Source: Octopus vulgaris
Lineage: Eukaryota
Direction: 5' to 3'
Length of the DNA: 64,000 bases
Assembly: GCA_951406725.2 (NCBI GenBank)
Contig: OX597833.1
Span: forward strand, 7,192,001 to 7,256,000
Shown one piece after another: positions 24,900 to 37,024 of the stretch. The stretch's first letter is position 1; every line of letters begins with the position of its first letter. Below the pieces are notes generated by a model. That model was not told the origin of the DNA, ran no database searches, and was given only the letters and a program-made list of their open reading frames with translations. Position numbers and translations under genes: made by a program.

Positions 24900-25290
24900 C
24901 CTATGCTATCATCTAGACAACATAATTCCTGCTGAATGGCAACCAGTCACATAGAGCAGGCATTGTAATGTAATGTTATTGTTCAACACAGCTTCAAGTC
25001 CTGTTGGCCTTCTTTTCTCGGTTCAAAACAAAAAAAAAAATGGTTTTGAGAATATAGGTTACAAAGACAAGAACTTATGTAGAATGTGAACTGTTGTGTT
25101 TAGTATTTTCTGGATTTCCTGTTTGTTAGGTTTTCCTGTTATTTTTTCTTTTTTGCAAGGAAATCACTCTTGGTGTTTTTTTTAATGATTCCTCGTGCTT
25201 CAGTCTCTACTCATACCATTTCTGTCTTCTGGTGCCACATCCTGCTTATTTCAATTTCCAGGTCTTTATATTTGGCAAATTTATCATATT
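24900..25290 (-). mobile_element. R4/Dong-like LINE 3' fragment (restriction-like endonuclease end)
   Basis: - strand DKFAKYKDLEIEISRMWHQKT...EIQKILNTTVHILHKFLSL*. Confidence 0.7.
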
Positions 25291-26481
25291 CTTGGCTGGC
25301 ATCATCGTTATTATTATTAACGTGGCAAGCCAGCAGAAACATTGGTGCACTGGACAAGATGCGTCCATCTCTGCATCCTGAGTTCAAATTCCACTAATGT
25401 CCAGTTTGCTTTTTGTCCTTTCAAGGTCAATGAAATATATATCATTTAAGCCCTGGGCTCAATATAATTATCTAATGGGCCGTTGCCAGCCTTGTCTGGT
25501 CCCCGTGCCGGTGGCACGTAAAAAGCACCATCTGTCTGTGGCCGTCTGCCAGCCTCGTCTGGCACCTGTGCCGGTGGCACATAAAAAGCTCCCACTACAC
25601 TCACGGAGTCGTTGGCGTTAGGAAGGGCATCCAGCCGTAGAAACATTGCCAGATCAGACTGGGCCTGGTGCAGCCTTCTGGCTTCCCAGATCCCCGGTTG
25701 AACCGTCCAACCCATGCCAGCATGGAAAGCGGACGTTAAATGATGATGAATGTCCTCCCCTAAAATGTTTTGGGCCTAATCTCTATAGTAGAAAGGATTA
25801 TTGTTATTATTATTATTATTATTATTATTGTTGTTATTATTAAGGTGGCAAGCTGGCAGAACTGTTAGCATGCTAGGTGAAATGCTTAGTGGCATTTAAC
25901 CTGTTGCATTTTGAGTTCAAATTCTACCGAGGTCAACTTTGCTTTTCATCCTTTTGGGATCAATAAAAGAAGTACCAGTTGAACACAGGGGTTAATGTAA
26001 TCGACTCCCTTCCCGAAATTGCTGGCCTTGTGGCAAAATTCGAAATCGTTATTATTAATACATTGAGTTGGCAGGATCATTAATACACCACCAGGAAAAA
26101 TGCTTAGTGGCATTTCGTCCATTTCTATGTTCTGAGTTCAAATTCCGCCAAGGTCGACTTTACCTTCATCTTTTCAGGGTCACTATGCACTGGAGTCGAT
26201 GTAATTGACTAGACCCCCTCCCACAACAGGTCTTGTGCCTGTTCTAAGTTAAAATTCCAACGAGGTCGACTTTGCCTTTCATCCCCCCCCTCACCCAATT
26301 TCAGGCCTTGCGCCTATAATAGGATTATGATTATTATTATTATTATGAAGTCAGAATTGTCTGTGTGTGTTGAATGTGGTTAGTTATCTCCCCTTACATT
26401 CTTATTTCCTTCGTTTGGTTTGTTTTTGATACCCAAGAGGCAAGCACAGTCTGATAACCCTGATGACGGTTCGAATACTCT

Positions 26482-26872
26482 CTCTTTTACTCTTTACTCT
26501 TTTACTTGTTTCAGTCATTTGACTGTGGCCATGCTGGAGCACCGCCTTTAATCGAGCAACATGACCCCGGGACTTATTCTTTTGTAAGCCCAGTACTTAT
26601 TCTATCGCTAAGTAACGGGGACGTAAACACACCAGCATCGGTTGTCAAGCAATGCTAGGGGGACAAACACAGACACACAAACATACACACGCATATACAT
26701 ACATATATACGACGGACTTCTTTCAGTTTCTGTCTACCAAATCCACTCACATGGCATTGGTCGGCCCGGGGCTATAGCAGAAGACACTTGCCCAAGGTGC
26801 CACGCAGTGGGACTGAACCCGGAACCATGTGGCTGGTTAGCAAGTTACTTACCACACAGCCACTCCTGCGCC
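26482..26872 (-). mobile_element. SINE family A, full length
   Basis: Reverse complement of the 17099 copy. Confidence 0.88.
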
Positions 26873-27546
26873 TGTTTATTAATTTTTTGTAAAGTGTTGC
26901 CTGTTGTTACAAAAGTATCACTACAATATTTGAGACCCATTATTCTTGCTTGGAAATTCAAACCCAGGGTTAGCAGAAAGTCAACATGATAGCAGTCTTT
27001 AGAAGAACCACATCAGATTTCCAAACCTTCCTCTCTCTCATTCTTTGCACTCAAAAACTAGTCCCCTACCAAATATGTCCCTAGCAAAACCTACATACGC
27101 CTAGTTTGCTTCAGTCCATGTCAGTGGGTGGACCTTGAATAAAGATGCATAGATTAATGGCTCGTTAAAAAGTAAACGGATGCAAATGCAGTTACTACAT
27201 GTCTCTGCAGTAGAAACATGTTTTGGGACAAATTTAAATGAAATACGCTGTCATTGATGGCAGAAATAATTAAAAAAAACATTTTATAGATGCTCCAATC
27301 TGTGTATTCATTGTTTGAGTATTGGACATAAACTTAGTTAAATATTCATAATCCAGAGAAGTGAACCTAGGATTTACCCACCAGATATAATACAGTGGAA
27401 TTGCTTACCTCAAGTAATTCTAGGGGTTCATTACAACTTGATGTAGTTAGCCTTAACCTGGATTATAACGAAGTACTTGAATGGTAACCACCTGGATATT
27501 GTATCCCTATCTAGTCACTATATATATTTATATATATATATATATA

Positions 27547-27968
27547 GGTGTAGGAGTGGCTGTGTGGTAAGTAGCTTGCTTACCAACCACATTGTTCCGG
27601 GTTGACTCCCACTGCGTGGCACCTTGGGCAAGTGTCTTCTGCTATAGCCCCGGGCTGACCAATGCCTTGTGAGTGGATTTAGTAGACAGAAACTGAAAGG
27701 AGCCCATCATTTATATGTATAGGTATATATATATATGTGTGTGTGTTTGTGTGTCTGTGTTTGTTCCCCCAACATTGCTTAACAACCGATGCTGGTGTGT
27801 TTACGTTCCCGTAACTTAGTGGGTTGGTAAAAGAGACTGATAGAATAAGTACTGGGCTTACAAAGAATAAGTCCTGGGCTTACAAAGAATAAGTCCTGGG
27901 GTTGATTTGCTTGGCTAAAGGTAGTGCTCCAGCATAGCCACAGTCACATGACTGAAACAAGTAAGAGT
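27547..27968 (+). mobile_element. SINE family A, full length
   Basis: Same family; small internal duplication ctgggcttacaaagaataagtc. Confidence 0.88.
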
Positions 27969-28210
27969 ATATATATATATATATATAAGTATAATTAAGG
28001 GTTAATTGCAACAAGTTGCTCAAAACCACATACCGAAAATATTAACCCTTAATTATAATTATAAACCTTACCAAATATGGTCTTTTCCATACCGATAAAT
28101 CTACAAGGTGAAATTTATTAATTTTATTAAATTAATTATATTCCACCCTTTTTTGCATATATATATATATATATATATATAGTGCAGTGTTGTGTATTTA
28201 TGTTTTTCAG

Positions 28211-28337
28211 GACGACAGTTTTACAGTCAGTGAAATTAGAAATTGATATTAATCGTCACAAAGAGATTATCACTAAAGCAATTTCAGGGCTGTTGTTGTT
28301 GCTTCTGAAACATTTCAAACTGAACCATATTTACCAG
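28211..28337 (+). CDS. STRIP1: STRIP1/2 exon 9 in window
   Basis: tttttcag|; TTVLQSVKLEIDINRHKEIITKAISGLLLLLLKHFKLNHIYQ; |gtaag. Confidence 0.97.
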
Positions 28338-29108
28338 GTAAGACACAATTATCTATCCATCATCATCATCATTTTATGTCCCTTTTTTCCAGGTAGGCAT
28401 GGGTTGGATGTAACGGCAACTTGTAGGTAAAATTAGTCGGGGTTGCCGCTTCAGAAAATTTTTACCCGTTGTTTTAATATTGTGTAAAAGGAAACAAACA
28501 AAGAATAAGTCCCAGGGTCGAGTTGCTCGATTGGAGGCGGTGCTCCAGCATGGCCGCAGTCAAATGACTGAAACAAGTAAAAGAGTAAAAGAGTATATAA
28601 AAAGAAAATTTGTACGTAAACTTGGTCAGTTCATGTTTTAAGCCACAGCTGGGGAGTGTGTTTAATTTGTTCACTGAACACTGCTGCAAATCCCCCTTAG
28701 TTTTTCACAAATCCTTCCTAAATCACAAAATACTTGGGGGGGTGGGGGATTTGCCCCCTTTTTCAAATCCTGGTAGTAATACCGAAGCTGGAAACAGGAT
28801 AATAATCTAATTCTACACTTTATCCCCTTCAAGAATATAAAACACGTTTTTTAGCCCAACCCATGTGGAGAGTCCAAAAGAAACGCTACCTTTCCCTGGC
28901 ACTGTCGTTCATGCAGTGCTCTCCCTTCTTAGTGTGAAGCTTCCTATCTCAGACATGTGAGCATGTGCACAACATCCAAACACCACGTCACTGGATCTGT
29001 GAAGTGCACAGTTTTATACAAGGATTTTTGTATTGTTTTGCATAAACCAGGGGATGGCTACTGACATCATCAACATCACCATCATCATCATCATTATTAT
29101 TATTAAGA

Positions 29109-29432
29109 CTGGTCCCCGTGCCGGTGGCACATAAAAAGCACCATCCGATCGTGGCCGTTTGCCAGCCTCGCCTGGCCCCTGTGCCGGTGGCGCATAAAAA
29201 GCACCATCCGATCGTGGCCGTTTGCCAGCCTCATCTGGCACCTGTGCCGGTGGCAGGTAAAAAGCACCCACTACATTCACGGAGTGGTGGGCATTAGGAA
29301 GGGCATCCAGCCGTAGAAACATTGCCAGATCAGACCGGGCCTGGTGCAGCCTTCTGGCTTCCCAGACCCCAGTTGAACCGTCCAACCCATGCTAGCATGG
29401 AAAAAGGACGTTAAACGATGATGATGATGATG
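29109..29432 (+). mobile_element. retroposon family D (63-bp tandem units + ggaagggcatccagccgtagaaac domain + (GAT)n tail)
   Basis: Other copies at about 11815-12079 (+), 25478-25749 (+), 13295-13455, 13520-13696, 40070-40262, 43560-43765 (+); 3790-3965, 6332-6575, 18999-19290, 21541-21885, 31563-31828 (-). Confidence 0.8.
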
Positions 29433-29660
29433 AAGACTGAGTTGGCAGAATCATTTCTGTGCCAGGTAAAATGCTTAGCAACATTTTTTCTGACTTTAAT
29501 GCTGTCAGGGTCGATAAATAAAGTACCAGTAAAACAGTGGGGGGGGGGTGATGTAATTGACTAGTCCCCTCTAGCCAAAATTCAGGCCTTGTGCCTTTAG
29601 TAGAGAGGATTATTATTATTATTATTATTATTGATCTGTTTTTCTCTTTGTCTTTTCCAG

Positions 29661-29761
29661 TTTGAGTTTTTGAGCCAACATTTAGTGCTTGCTAACTGCA
29701 TTCCACTTGTTTTAAAGTTTTTCAACCAGAATATTATGTCGTATGTAGCAACCAAAAACAG
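29661..29761 (+). CDS. STRIP1: STRIP1/2 exon 10 in window
   Basis: ttttccag|; FEFLSQHLVLANCIPLVLKFFNQNIMSYVATKN(S); |gtgagt. Confidence 0.96.
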
Positions 29762-30035
29762 GTGAGTCTTTCATGAATTCTATACCTGCAGTGTTTCTTC
29801 CTTCCCTGCACACCTTTCTAAACACTTGAACCATTACAGGAATGATAGAGACCCATCCTTCCTCCCCTCCTCTCCCTCTCTCTTTGTCTTTATTTTTCTC
29901 AGAGATAGCTATCTCTTTCTCTCTCTCTCTCTCTCTCTCTCCCCCAGATATCCATGTCTCCCTCTTTATCTCATGTGGTTATTCATATCAGTCTCTCTGT
30001 CTCCCTTCCTCTCTCGATTCCTCTCATCGACATAA

Positions 30036-30546
30036 AAATAATAATAATGAAATTAATTGTATACAGTGCTCAGGTGCACCACAACTTGTCAGAAAGTGCA
30101 TATAAAGTACATGCAGTAATGTAGAAATGTCTGGAAAGCGAACAATGTATGAGTCAGATACATGCTTGTGTGTGTATGGAGGGGAGAAAATCAAGTGTAG
30201 TGTTGGCGAATCTCAGGAAGCATGGAAGTTTTGAAGGATGCAGTGCTCCGACAACTAACAACCGATGCCGGCAGTTTGTTCCATGCTTCAGCAACTCTCA
30301 GCGTGAAAAAATGTTTCCTGAAGTCATGGGAGCTGTGCTGTTTTCTTACTTTGTAAATATGTCCACGGGTGTTAGATGGGTGGAGTTTGAAGAGGTGCTC
30401 AGAGTTATTGTTTGTACGATGGTTGATAATTTTATGGGTGTCTGCCAAGTCAACTGCCAGACGTCGGAGTTTCAATGTGTCCATGCCCAGGGAAGTAAGG
30501 CGTTCAGAATATGGCAAATGCCTGATGGAGGGTATTCTTTTGGTTC
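30036..30546 (-). mobile_element. CR1-group LINE 3' end, 5'-truncated
   Basis: TKRIPSIRHLPYSERLTSLGMDTLKLRRLAVDL...TRGH.YK...RKHFFTLRVAEAWNKLPASVV...FK, a typical CR1-type ORF2 C-terminus, then 3' UTR and (TTA)n tail. Confidence 0.88.
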
Positions 30547-31109
30547 CCTCTCGCTAATTAATCAATCAGTTGACTAATTACTTCAATATAAACAGTTTGT
30601 TGTGTCTCAATGAAACATTGAATTATTTCATGGAACTCTGTGGTGGACATCAAACACAACCACCTGTATTTTACGATATCCGTCTTAAGATTTCGATATC
30701 TATGTGTTTGATATATATCCCGTACTAACTCTATGATATATATATGTTCTAACTGTATGATAACTCTGGGTCTGCTGTTCCTGAAATGACCTGTGGCTAA
30801 ATGGAACCAACCTCAGGAACGGTGCCATTCAGAAACCCATGTCGACAGTGGGTTAACTCCCCTGGATAATTTTATGATGATCTGCATTACGAAAGGATAA
30901 GATAGATAAGACTCCTGTCTTGTCTGGAGTCAGTAACCAAACACGATGTGGTGCAACAGATGTGCACATGGCATTTATACAATATGCTGGTGGACAGAAA
31001 AGCAGTGGATGGCTGTCCTTGAATGTGTTGCATGGACGAATTATTTACATTTGCCACAACACATAGTATTGGGTGCTAAATCTATTGAAGATGTATGGTT
31101 CACTGTTAA

Positions 31110-31323
31110 CTCTTTCAATACCAACCCGGCTGAAACCGGCTCTGAGTACAAATGACTCTTTTTCAAAAGTCCTGAACTAAAATCTTCCACCACACCTTAG
31201 TCACAATTTATGTTCCTAACACTAGCTGAATGATAATGAAGTTATTTTACTAAATTCTTTGTTATATTTAAAGTAATTGAAAGAAACACAAAGCATCTCA
31301 AAATAAATACAGTAAGGAAAGGG
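31110..31323. mobile_element. piggyBac-type MITE, opposite orientation to 12440-12661
   Basis: TTAA|CTCTTT...AAAGGG|TTAA; internal match ccttagtcacaatttatgttcctaacactagctgaa. Confidence 0.72.
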
Positions 31324-32386
31324 TTAAAGGAATGGAATGAAACACTGTTAACATGGCAGTTGATAGATGAGAGAGAGAGAGAGAGACAGACAGAGAGACA
31401 GAAAGAAGGGAGGTTGTTAATGTGGATGGTTGAGGTAGCACCAACTTTGAAGATGTTGGCAGCTGACAAGGGGCAGCAAATATCCAGCTGGTGTTATGTG
31501 TTTTGAAGGAGTGAGTTGTTTTTTTTTTACCCCAAACCTAAAATATTTAAACCAGATATCGTTCATCATCGTTCAACGTCCGCTTTCCATGCTAGCATGG
31601 GTTGGACGATTTGACTGAGGTCTGGTGAACCAGACTCCAATCTGATCTGGCAGAGTTTCTACAGCTGGATGCCCTTCCTAACGCCAACCACTCCGAGAGT
31701 GTAGTGGGTGCTTTTTACGTGCCACCGGCACAGGGGCCAGTCAGCCGGTACTGGCAACAACCTCTTTCGAATCTTTTTACACATGCCACCAGCACAGGTG
31801 CCAGTAAGGCGACGTTGGTAACGATCATACTCATTTTGTTGGGATTAAAATATGAGCAGGAGGACTGCATTGTGCTCCAGTATATGCTTTGGTATGGTTT
31901 CTACTGTCTGTACAGGGAGCTTTATTCATGGTGCCAGCACTAATGAGGTTTCCATGTGGCTTGCAAGATGAAGTTCCCACTTGCCAAAATGAAACTTCAA
32001 TAGATTCAAGGGGTTTTGATTCTTGGTGTTGTGAGGTTAGAGTATGAAGGGAAGTGTCACAACAGGTTTCTTGTTGTAGAATAGATAGATGAGTGTATAA
32101 GTGACCAGGGTAGAACTGGAAAAAGATTAAGAGGGTGGTGATGATGTGTCAGGGTAAGCCCTGAAGGGTAGAAGGACAGGAAGGATGGCTGAGTATAACC
32201 TATGAATCTGATTAAAGGTGGGTGTCTTTGTGTGTAGCCAGTTTGAAAGCAAGAGGTGTGTGTGTGTGCACTTGAAAGTTTGTACTACCATATCAGAGTG
32301 TGTGTGTGTGTATGTGTGTTTTATTGACTTTATTCTTTCTTTTTCATTTGGTGCCACTAAAAGTGTCCTCTCTTCTTCTCTTTCAG

Positions 32387-32453
32387 TATTGTAGCTTTAG
32401 ATTTCCCCTCCTGTGTTATTGGTGAACAAATTGAAATAACTGGGGAAAATCTG
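32387..32453 (+). CDS. STRIP1: STRIP1/2 exon 11 in window
   Basis: ctttcag|; IVALDFPSCVIGEQIEITGENL; |gtaagt; 67 nt, phase-compatible on both sides. Confidence 0.93.
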
Positions 32454-32684
32454 GTAAGTTCCACTCAAATATATCCTAAGACAAGGACCAGAATTTGTTG
32501 TTGTATAGAATTGGTCAATAATAATAGCACAGGACTAACGAAGAGGAGTAATTAAGTGAACATAATCTAAAGAAACGTCTTATAGACTTCACTTATAAGA
32601 CTTAAGGCAAGTCACTTGTATAACATTTACATGATTGGGGATCCTTAATTTCTTTACCAGGATTTTTGAACCCTGACTGGTTAA

Positions 32685-32887
32685 CCCTTTTGTGCAGAAC
32701 CACTTGAAACTGTCTGTGATTCTATGATTGCAACTTCTTATTTAAAACCTTCCTCCAAAATTTCATAATATATTTTCTAAGCATCTGCTTAATAATGATG
32801 AAATTAATGTATTAAATTCTTCCTTAATTTCGAAATTAAGTGAAACGAAAGTGATGCATTTCAACTGAAATATGGTATCAAAAGGGG
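32685..32887. mobile_element. piggyBac-type MITE, diverged
   Basis: TTAA|CCCTTTT...AAAGGGG|TTAA; related degenerate copies at about 37750-38180. Confidence 0.6.
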
Positions 32888-33597
32888 TTAAATAAGTATC
32901 CCACTTAAAAATTGACGTTCAGTGTAATGTTTGTCTAACAAAGCAATTGGAGTGTCTCAGTAAAAGATTTGCTAAGCTTCGTTTAAAATTTGACACGGCA
33001 CTTACACTTTGGAAGCTTTCTGTTAACCCTTAGGATAATTTCTGCTGTGAGGATGTCTCTTGTGCATTTTCCTTTTTGACCGGGTAGAGTTCATCTCCCT
33101 CCAAGTCTGATCATGGTCAGTCCTCCTAGAGACAAAAAAAAAAACACAAAGAGGAGAATAACTGCACCCTGTACAGGACTGATAGTTTATTTATTAACTC
33201 TGGAGGGATGAAGGATAAAGTTGACCTCAGTGGGTTTTGAACTCAGGGAGCCAAGGGCCAAAGTAAAACAACACTAACAACTCCACCAGCTTTCCACCCT
33301 TCATATAGCACCACATCTACCCCTTTGCCAAATATGTCACCTTGTGACATATATGAGAAATTATTTCAACTAAACATTAAGAAAAGGTTGTGGAATGGTC
33401 AAGATGGTAAAACATCATCATTTAGGTCCATTTCTATGCATTTTGAGTTCAAATCCTGCAAAAACTGATTTTATATTTTATCTCCCTACAGTTGGTACCA
33501 GTGATAAACTACGGTTGTGTCAATATGGCAAACTGCTGACAGCATTTTTACCATTCTTTGTTCTGAAATGTGTTTTGTTTCTTCATGTTTTCTGCAG

Positions 33598-33702
33598 GAA
33601 AATGGCGATGACCAAGTGTTCTGTTGGCGCAACTTGTTTTCCTGTATCAATCTTCTGAGAATTTTGAATAAATTGATCAAATGGAAACATGCCAGAACTA
33701 TG
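33598..33702 (+). CDS. STRIP1: STRIP1/2 exon 12 in window
   Basis: tctgcag|; ENGDDQVFCWRNLFSCINLLRILNKLIKWKHARTM; |gtgagt. Confidence 0.97.
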
Positions 33703-34058
33703 GTGAGTCAGTGCTTCTCTCTTTCCTCCTTGGTCTGGGATTCTCATTCCTTTAGACACCATTATTCTAAGAATATCCTCCCCCTCCTTATTTTAATGTT
33801 CAATTTTTGCCACTAGTGTGGTTAGATCTTTTTGGGGTTGATAAAATAAGTACCAGTCATGCACTGGGGTCAATTACATTGACCAGTCCCCCTCCCTCAA
33901 ACCTGCTGGCCTTATGCCAGAATTTAAAACCAGTATTGCACTATACTTTAACTGTATCATAACTACCACACACGTTTACTGCTGGACCATACTGTAATAA
34001 CTGACCAGTGGGGTGGTCAAGCTTAAGACAGCATTCGTTGATATATTCTCTGCAAATA

Positions 34059-34666
34059 GGTGCAGGAGTGGCTGTGTGGTAAGTAGCTTGCTAACCAACC
34101 ACATGGTTCTGGGTTCAGTCCCACTGCATGGCATCTTGGGCAAGTGTCTTCTGCTATAGCCCCGGGCCGACCAAAGCCTTGTGAGTGGATTTGGTAGACG
34201 GAAACTGAAAGAAGCCTGTCGTATATATGTATATAGGCATATGTGAGTGTGCTGTGTGTGTAAGTCCCCTAGCATTGCTTGACAACCAATGCTGTTGTGT
34301 TTCAGTCCCACTGCGTGGCACCTTGGGCAAGTGTCTTCTGGCAATATAGCCTTGGGCCGACTAATGCCTTGTGAGTGGATTTGGTAGACAGAAACTGAAA
34401 GAAGCCTGTCGTATATATATATATATATATATGTGTATGTGTGTGTATATGTTTGTGTGTGCGTGTTTGTCCCCCTAACATAGCTTGACAACCGATGCTG
34501 GTGTGTTTACGTCCCCGTCACTTAGCGGTTCAGCAATAGAGACCGATAGAATAAGTACTAGGCTTCCAAAGAATAAGTCCCGGGGTCGATTTGCTCGACT
34601 GAAAGGCGGTGCTCCAGCATGGCCACAGTCAAACGACTGAAACAAGTAAAAGAGTAAAAGAGTAAA
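34059..34666 (+). mobile_element. SINE family A with duplicated head region
   Basis: First copy breaks near 34301 and restarts at the B box (ttcagtcccactgcgtggc). Other fragments at about 9120-9260, 12160-12300, 13720-13830, 16107-16220, 28500-28595, 38540-38660, 51003-51545, 56305-56578. Confidence 0.85.
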
Positions 34667-34731
34667 TGGACACAGTGTTGTTGTTGTTGTAGTAATGGGT
34701 TTTGTTTTATTTTTGTGTTTTTCTTGTTCAG

Positions 34732-34936
34732 ATGCTGGTTGTGTTCAAGTCGCACCCCTTCCTGAAGCACGCCCTTACGGTCAAGCAGTCTATGATGCAA
34801 CTCTACGTCCTGAAACTACTCAAGATGCAAACGAAATACCTCGGACGACAATGGAGGAAGAGCAACATGAAAACCATGTCTGCCATCTACCAGAAAGTCC
34901 GACATAGACTCAACGATGACTGGGCCTTCGGAAATG
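34732..34936 (+). CDS. STRIP1: STRIP1/2 exon 13 in window
   Basis: gttcag|; MLVVFKSHPFLKHALTVKQSMMQLYVLKLLKMQTKYLGRQWRKSNMKTMSAIYQKVRHRLNDDWAFGN; |gtgagt. Confidence 0.98.
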
Positions 34937-35411
34937 GTGAGTCAGTTCCCAACGCCAAACGATGTCTGTCTGTCTGTCTCCTCCAATGTTTTGTTGACTA
35001 TGACCACTTCACACTACAATTTACATGTCACACCACACAAACGCACAAACACACTACCACTACACGTTACACACCCGTACATTACACATACTCTCTACTT
35101 CTACACACTGCATGCACATACACACACACACACACACACTCTACTGCTAGGAACTACTCATAAACTCCTTTACACATGCACACACGCACACGTTACACAT
35201 GGTGTACAAACACACTACCAAACAACCACACACACACTCTTTTCATACCATCACATACACTACTACTACTACTACTACTACACATTATGCACCATACATT
35301 ACTTACACATACACTCTACCACTACACACCGCACACACATACACATAAACTATCATTACGCACACAAACACACTACACATGCATATACTGAACACATACA
35401 CTGTCTTACCA

Positions 35412-35448
<37 letters not shown>

Positions 35449-35497
35449 GCCTTGTCTATTTCAATGTCATTTAAGTTTGTTTTTCTGTGGTTTGCAG

Positions 35498-35748
35498 ACC
35501 TGGATACAAAACCGTGGGATTTCCAGGCTGAAGAGTGTGCGCTTCGGGCATGTGTCGACCGGTTCAACAACCGGCGGTATGGCACCAATGGAACGGACGT
35601 GAACTTCACACCAGTAGACAACTGTATACTCAGCGTTCTTGGACAGAATCTACAGCTGAGCGATGACTTTAAGCACAACTATGAGCTTTGGTTGGAACAA
35701 GAGGTGTTCTCGAACCAGGTCGACTGGGACCAGATCCTTCATCAATGA
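35498..35748 (+). CDS. STRIP1: STRIP1/2 terminal coding exon
   Basis: tttgcag|; DLDTKPWDFQAEECALRACVDRFNNRRY...PVDNCILSVLGQ...YELWLEQEVFSNQVDWDQILHQ then TGA. Confidence 0.97.
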
Positions 35749-36173
35749 AATACGGCGCTGACAGCAGAAGGGAGGCACTGAACCCTTCTTTGGTGGACTG
35801 TCGACTAGGATCAAACACCTGTGGGGTACTGTAACCCCACCTCTTTAATTTTGGGCTGTAGGGGGGAATCAGTCGAAGTGAAAGGGGGCCCTTAGTGTGT
35901 TGTGTGGTGTTGTGGTGTTTGTAAGGGAATGAAATGCAGACATTGGTGATGCTGAGTTGGGAAGGTTTGGTAAAGCTGAGATACAGTATTAGACCCTTGC
36001 TCTTGATATTGGGGGTCAGAAGATGTGGGGTGGGTGGTGGTGGTGGGGGACAGGGAGGTGGAGTCAGAGACTGAGGGGGACTAGATTTTATTTTAACTAT
36101 TTATTTTAATGCTTTTCAGCTGTGTGTGTATATATATAAATGTGTTTATACATATATACACAGTCACTAAACC

Positions 36174-36174
36174 A

Positions 36175-36179
<5 letters not shown>
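36174..36179 (+). promoter_or_regulatory. candidate polyadenylation signal (proximal)
   Basis: AATAAA about 430 nt after the stop; AT-rich context makes a chance match possible. Confidence 0.3.
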
Positions 36180-36219
<40 letters not shown>

Positions 36220-36221
<2 letters not shown>

Positions 36222-36767
36222 AGGGTGAGTCAAAAAGTAATGCCATTTTGTTTAGGACAGGTATAATTACCAATACAAGAACATGTATCATACATCAAAA
36301 TGAAGCTGGTCCTCTGTGGATCACATCCCTACTTCTCAACATAGTCACCGTTTCTCTCAATAGCAATGTTCCACCTTTGAATGAGAGCATGTATCCCTGC
36401 CCCGTAAAATTCTGTTGACTGTTCTTTGAACCACTTCTTCACTACAGTTTTCACTTCCTTGTCACTGGAATAATGTTTGCCTCTCAAACCCTCTTTCATG
36501 GGCCAAAGCGATGATAGTCCAGTTATGAGGAAGTGAAAACTGTAGTGAAGAAGTGGCTCAAAGATCAGTCAACAGAATTTTACGGAGCAGGGATACATGC
36601 TCTCATTTGAAGGTGGAACATTGCTATTGAGAGAAATGGTGACTATGTTGAGAAGTAGGGATGTGATCCACAGAGGACCAGCTTCATTTTGATGTATGAT
36701 ACATGTTCTTGTGTTGGTAATTATACCTGTCCTAAACAAAATGGCATTACTTTTTGACTCACCCTCG
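36220..36767. mobile_element. mariner-derived palindromic MITE with 240-bp arms
   Basis: 36220-36459 / 36528-36767 inverted; arms encode a mariner transposase C-terminus (FGPMKEGLRGKHYSSDKEVKTVVKKW...RWNIAIERNGDYVEK*); TA flanks. Confidence 0.92.
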
Positions 36768-36829
<62 letters not shown>

Positions 36830-37018
36830 CCCCACCCACACACAACTCAGATTTGTATATTTATAAATGTATAAGCTATATATAGATTAAATGAGCAACA
36901 CAAAGAAACAAGCATGCGTGTGTGTGTGTGTGTGTGCATACAAATTTGGGGATTGAGCCCTCCTCCCCTCCTTCCTACATGCCATGTTGAAACATGTCCA
37001 TAACTTATTAAACTAAAC

Positions 37019-37024
37019 AATAAA
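37019..37024 (+). promoter_or_regulatory. candidate polyadenylation signal (distal)
   Basis: AATAAA about 1.27 kb after the stop, with T-rich sequence downstream. Confidence 0.35.

Noticed and set aside
26390-26455. Pyrimidine tract followed by AG as a possible microexon supplying EEMP (also about 25140-25175)
   Set aside because: Neither yields a 12-nt EEMP-like exon with a good donor; the second lies within a LINE fragment
26458-26480. CTGATGA-CGGTTCG-AATAC hammerhead-like string
   Set aside because: GAAA is absent, no stem I partner, and it is truncated by a SINE tail
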